From Phoronis australis (lineage: Eukaryota; Animalia; Phoronida), in assembly GCA_002633005.1 (NCBI GenBank), contig NMRA01000811.1, positions 1 through 64,000 of the forward strand: a stretch of DNA of 64,000 nucleotides, written 5' to 3'. Each line of letters starts with the position of its first letter. Position 1 is the first letter of the stretch. A program made the translations under genes and the position numbers. The notes under the pieces were generated by a model. It had not been told where the DNA came from. It searched no databases and worked only from the letters and a program-made list of their open reading frames with translations. Shown here one piece after another: positions 63,201 through 64,000 of the stretch.

Positions 63201-63743
63201 TGCATGGCAATATATGGCACCACAGTGCAATGCATTAACTTGAAACTGTAGTGTACTGCTTTGACATTGAGTTGTTTCATCATTTTTGGTTTGCATCATT
63301 GTTGCAGCTACAATTTGGTATGTATGGTAAATAACTGGAGCTGAATCAGTATGCGGTGGTCACAGTACTGTAACATTGTGTCTACTTATTGATGCATAGT
63401 TCTAGCATGGTAGTGTAGTTGTAACCATTATAGTATGTAAAATGAGACAAAAAATTATCATGTACGATGAGGTCACATATATTTGCCTTCATTCAATACC
63501 TGTTAATACAAAGCATTCCTTCAGTATTTTTTATAATAAAATGAAATGCCTCCATTAGTTAAGGAACAAAAACTTTGACCTGTGCCCCAAACCACCTCAC
63601 TTATTTGTTCTAATGTTCACACAGGCTGACAAGGTGGTCCAGTTGTATGAGACCATGTTAACACGTCATACCACCATGGTGGTGGGACCCACTGGAGGTG
63701 GCAAGTCTGTTGTAATCAACGCGCTATCACAGGCGCAGACCAA
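33247..63743 (+). CDS. DNAH10: Dynein axonemal heavy chain 10 (inner arm I1/f alpha), 5' partial: tail, linker, AAA1 and start of AAA2
   Basis: 35 phase-consistent exons: 33247-33463, 34604-34753, 37271-37416, 37970-38195, 38397-39232, 39599-39797, 40176-40292, 40946-41194, 41588-41764, 42193-42388, 45009-45139, 45660-45746, 46114-46227, 47140-47277, 47979-48167, 48440-48600, 48837-49068, 49563-49817, 50322-50480, 51293-51512, 53441-53831, 54092-54248, 54552-54785, 55214-55336, 56006-56239, 56721-56944, 58443-58611, 59058-59158, 59741-59924, 60493-60627, 61182-61334, 61677-61865, 62141-62287, 62764-62955, 63625-63743. N-terminus [12 protein letters not shown]...[10 protein letters not shown] is DNAH10-like. 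Also [67 protein letters not shown] and GPTGGGKS. Confidence 0.96.
34045..34297. repeat. Degenerate 26-28-bp tandem repeat (ctgtagacagggtacatctgtataccgt)
   Basis: About nine units in DNAH10 intron 1. Explains the repetitive ORF 33983-34327. Confidence 0.9.
35421..35435 (+). CDS. Candidate 15-nt microexon of DNAH10 (DSAVD)
   Basis: ttctgctgttttgtcccag|ACTCGGCTGTAGATG|gtaagt. Phase 1-1, matching the flanking exons. Confidence 0.65.
42021..42133. mobile_element. Palindromic ~110-bp MITE family (other copies near 5665, 10022, 27105, 33495, 40360, 60680)
   Basis: Core ttgagaaccagttt...cactgaataa...aaactggttctcaa inside long inverted arms gggtaatagtcggatataacgtgccc. Seven degenerate copies in both orientations. 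Confidence 0.85.
42735..42794 (+). CDS. Candidate 60-nt cassette exon of DNAH10 ([19 protein letters not shown])
   Basis: ttgtttgttaag|...GCCG|gtatgt. Open, phase 1-1. Internal alternative donor (42741) and acceptor (42761) also preserve frame. Confidence 0.55.
43814..43885 (+). CDS. Candidate 72-nt cassette exon of DNAH10 ([23 protein letters not shown])
   Basis: tcatttgtag|...GAAG|gtaccg. Open, phase 1-1, GC-richer than the flanking intron. Confidence 0.6.
45205..45340 (+). mobile_element. Possible tRNA-derived SINE remnant
   Basis: B-box-like GTTCGAGCC at 45266-45274. Downstream taggtcacgtgatgtg.ccaaca is shared with 3608-3630. No cloverleaf. Confidence 0.3.
51057..51220. mobile_element. 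MITE with 5-bp TSD
   Basis: Ends CAGGAGCGGATCC / GGATCCGCCTATG, flanked by GGTTA on both sides. Confidence 0.75.
53210..53355. mobile_element. Hairpin MITE
   Basis: taagatcaaaaac.agacgatcgccgc.cagataaaaaagttcat is inverted at 53311-53355. Confidence 0.8.
63088..63212. repeat. 33-bp tandem repeat (acaacacatagtactgcatggcaatattgcatt), about 3.7 copies
   Basis: Directly visible. Explains the repetitive ORF 63081-63299. Confidence 0.92.
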
Positions 63744-64000
63744 GTAAGTTAAATCGCATTTGGAAGTTTTGAATAGTTGTGCTCTGATCTTAACAAATAC
63801 TTTAATGGATAAGATGTCTGTTAATATAACATACGTGCTTGGAATTGCATTGCAGTGAAGACGTATAGTGTTTTACTGAATTCATTTTTTAAGAAAAAGC
63901 TTGTTACATGTTTGAGCTCTGTGTAATAGTTGATGATATACTTCATGTTCTGATTAAAAGGTCAACTTAGAATTGGCATGTCGTGCAAAAATTTACCTCA

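Overview
AT-rich, intron-rich eukaryotic DNA, apparently from a bilaterian invertebrate (inferred, not identified). It contains assembly gaps (single N at 1340 and 38191, N-run 23474-23634). I reconstructed five spliced genes by hand with consistent exon phases: TMEM55/PIP4P (-, last exon not in view), TMEM97 (-), MsrA (+), an ASPHD2-like dioxygenase (-) and the 5' part of axonemal dynein DNAH10 (+, runs off the window). TMEM97/MsrA and ASPHD2-like/DNAH10 are head-to-head pairs. The most notable locus is MsrA, which the ORF track misses at its catalytic exon. It has an in-frame TGA at the catalytic Cys position (ALS-U-FWF), a strong stem-loop 7 nt downstream of that UGA (SRE-like), and a type II SECIS in the 3' UTR. 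It also has two alternative exon-1 donors giving a mitochondrial-type presequence or an MGxxxS myristoylation start, and a C-terminal PTS1-like SHL. Together these predict a selenoprotein MsrA targeted to several compartments. Other observations: CLEAR motifs at the TMEM55 start, frame-preserving micro/cassette exons in the DNAH10 tail, CTCF-like motifs, and many MITEs and non-autonomous DNA transposons.
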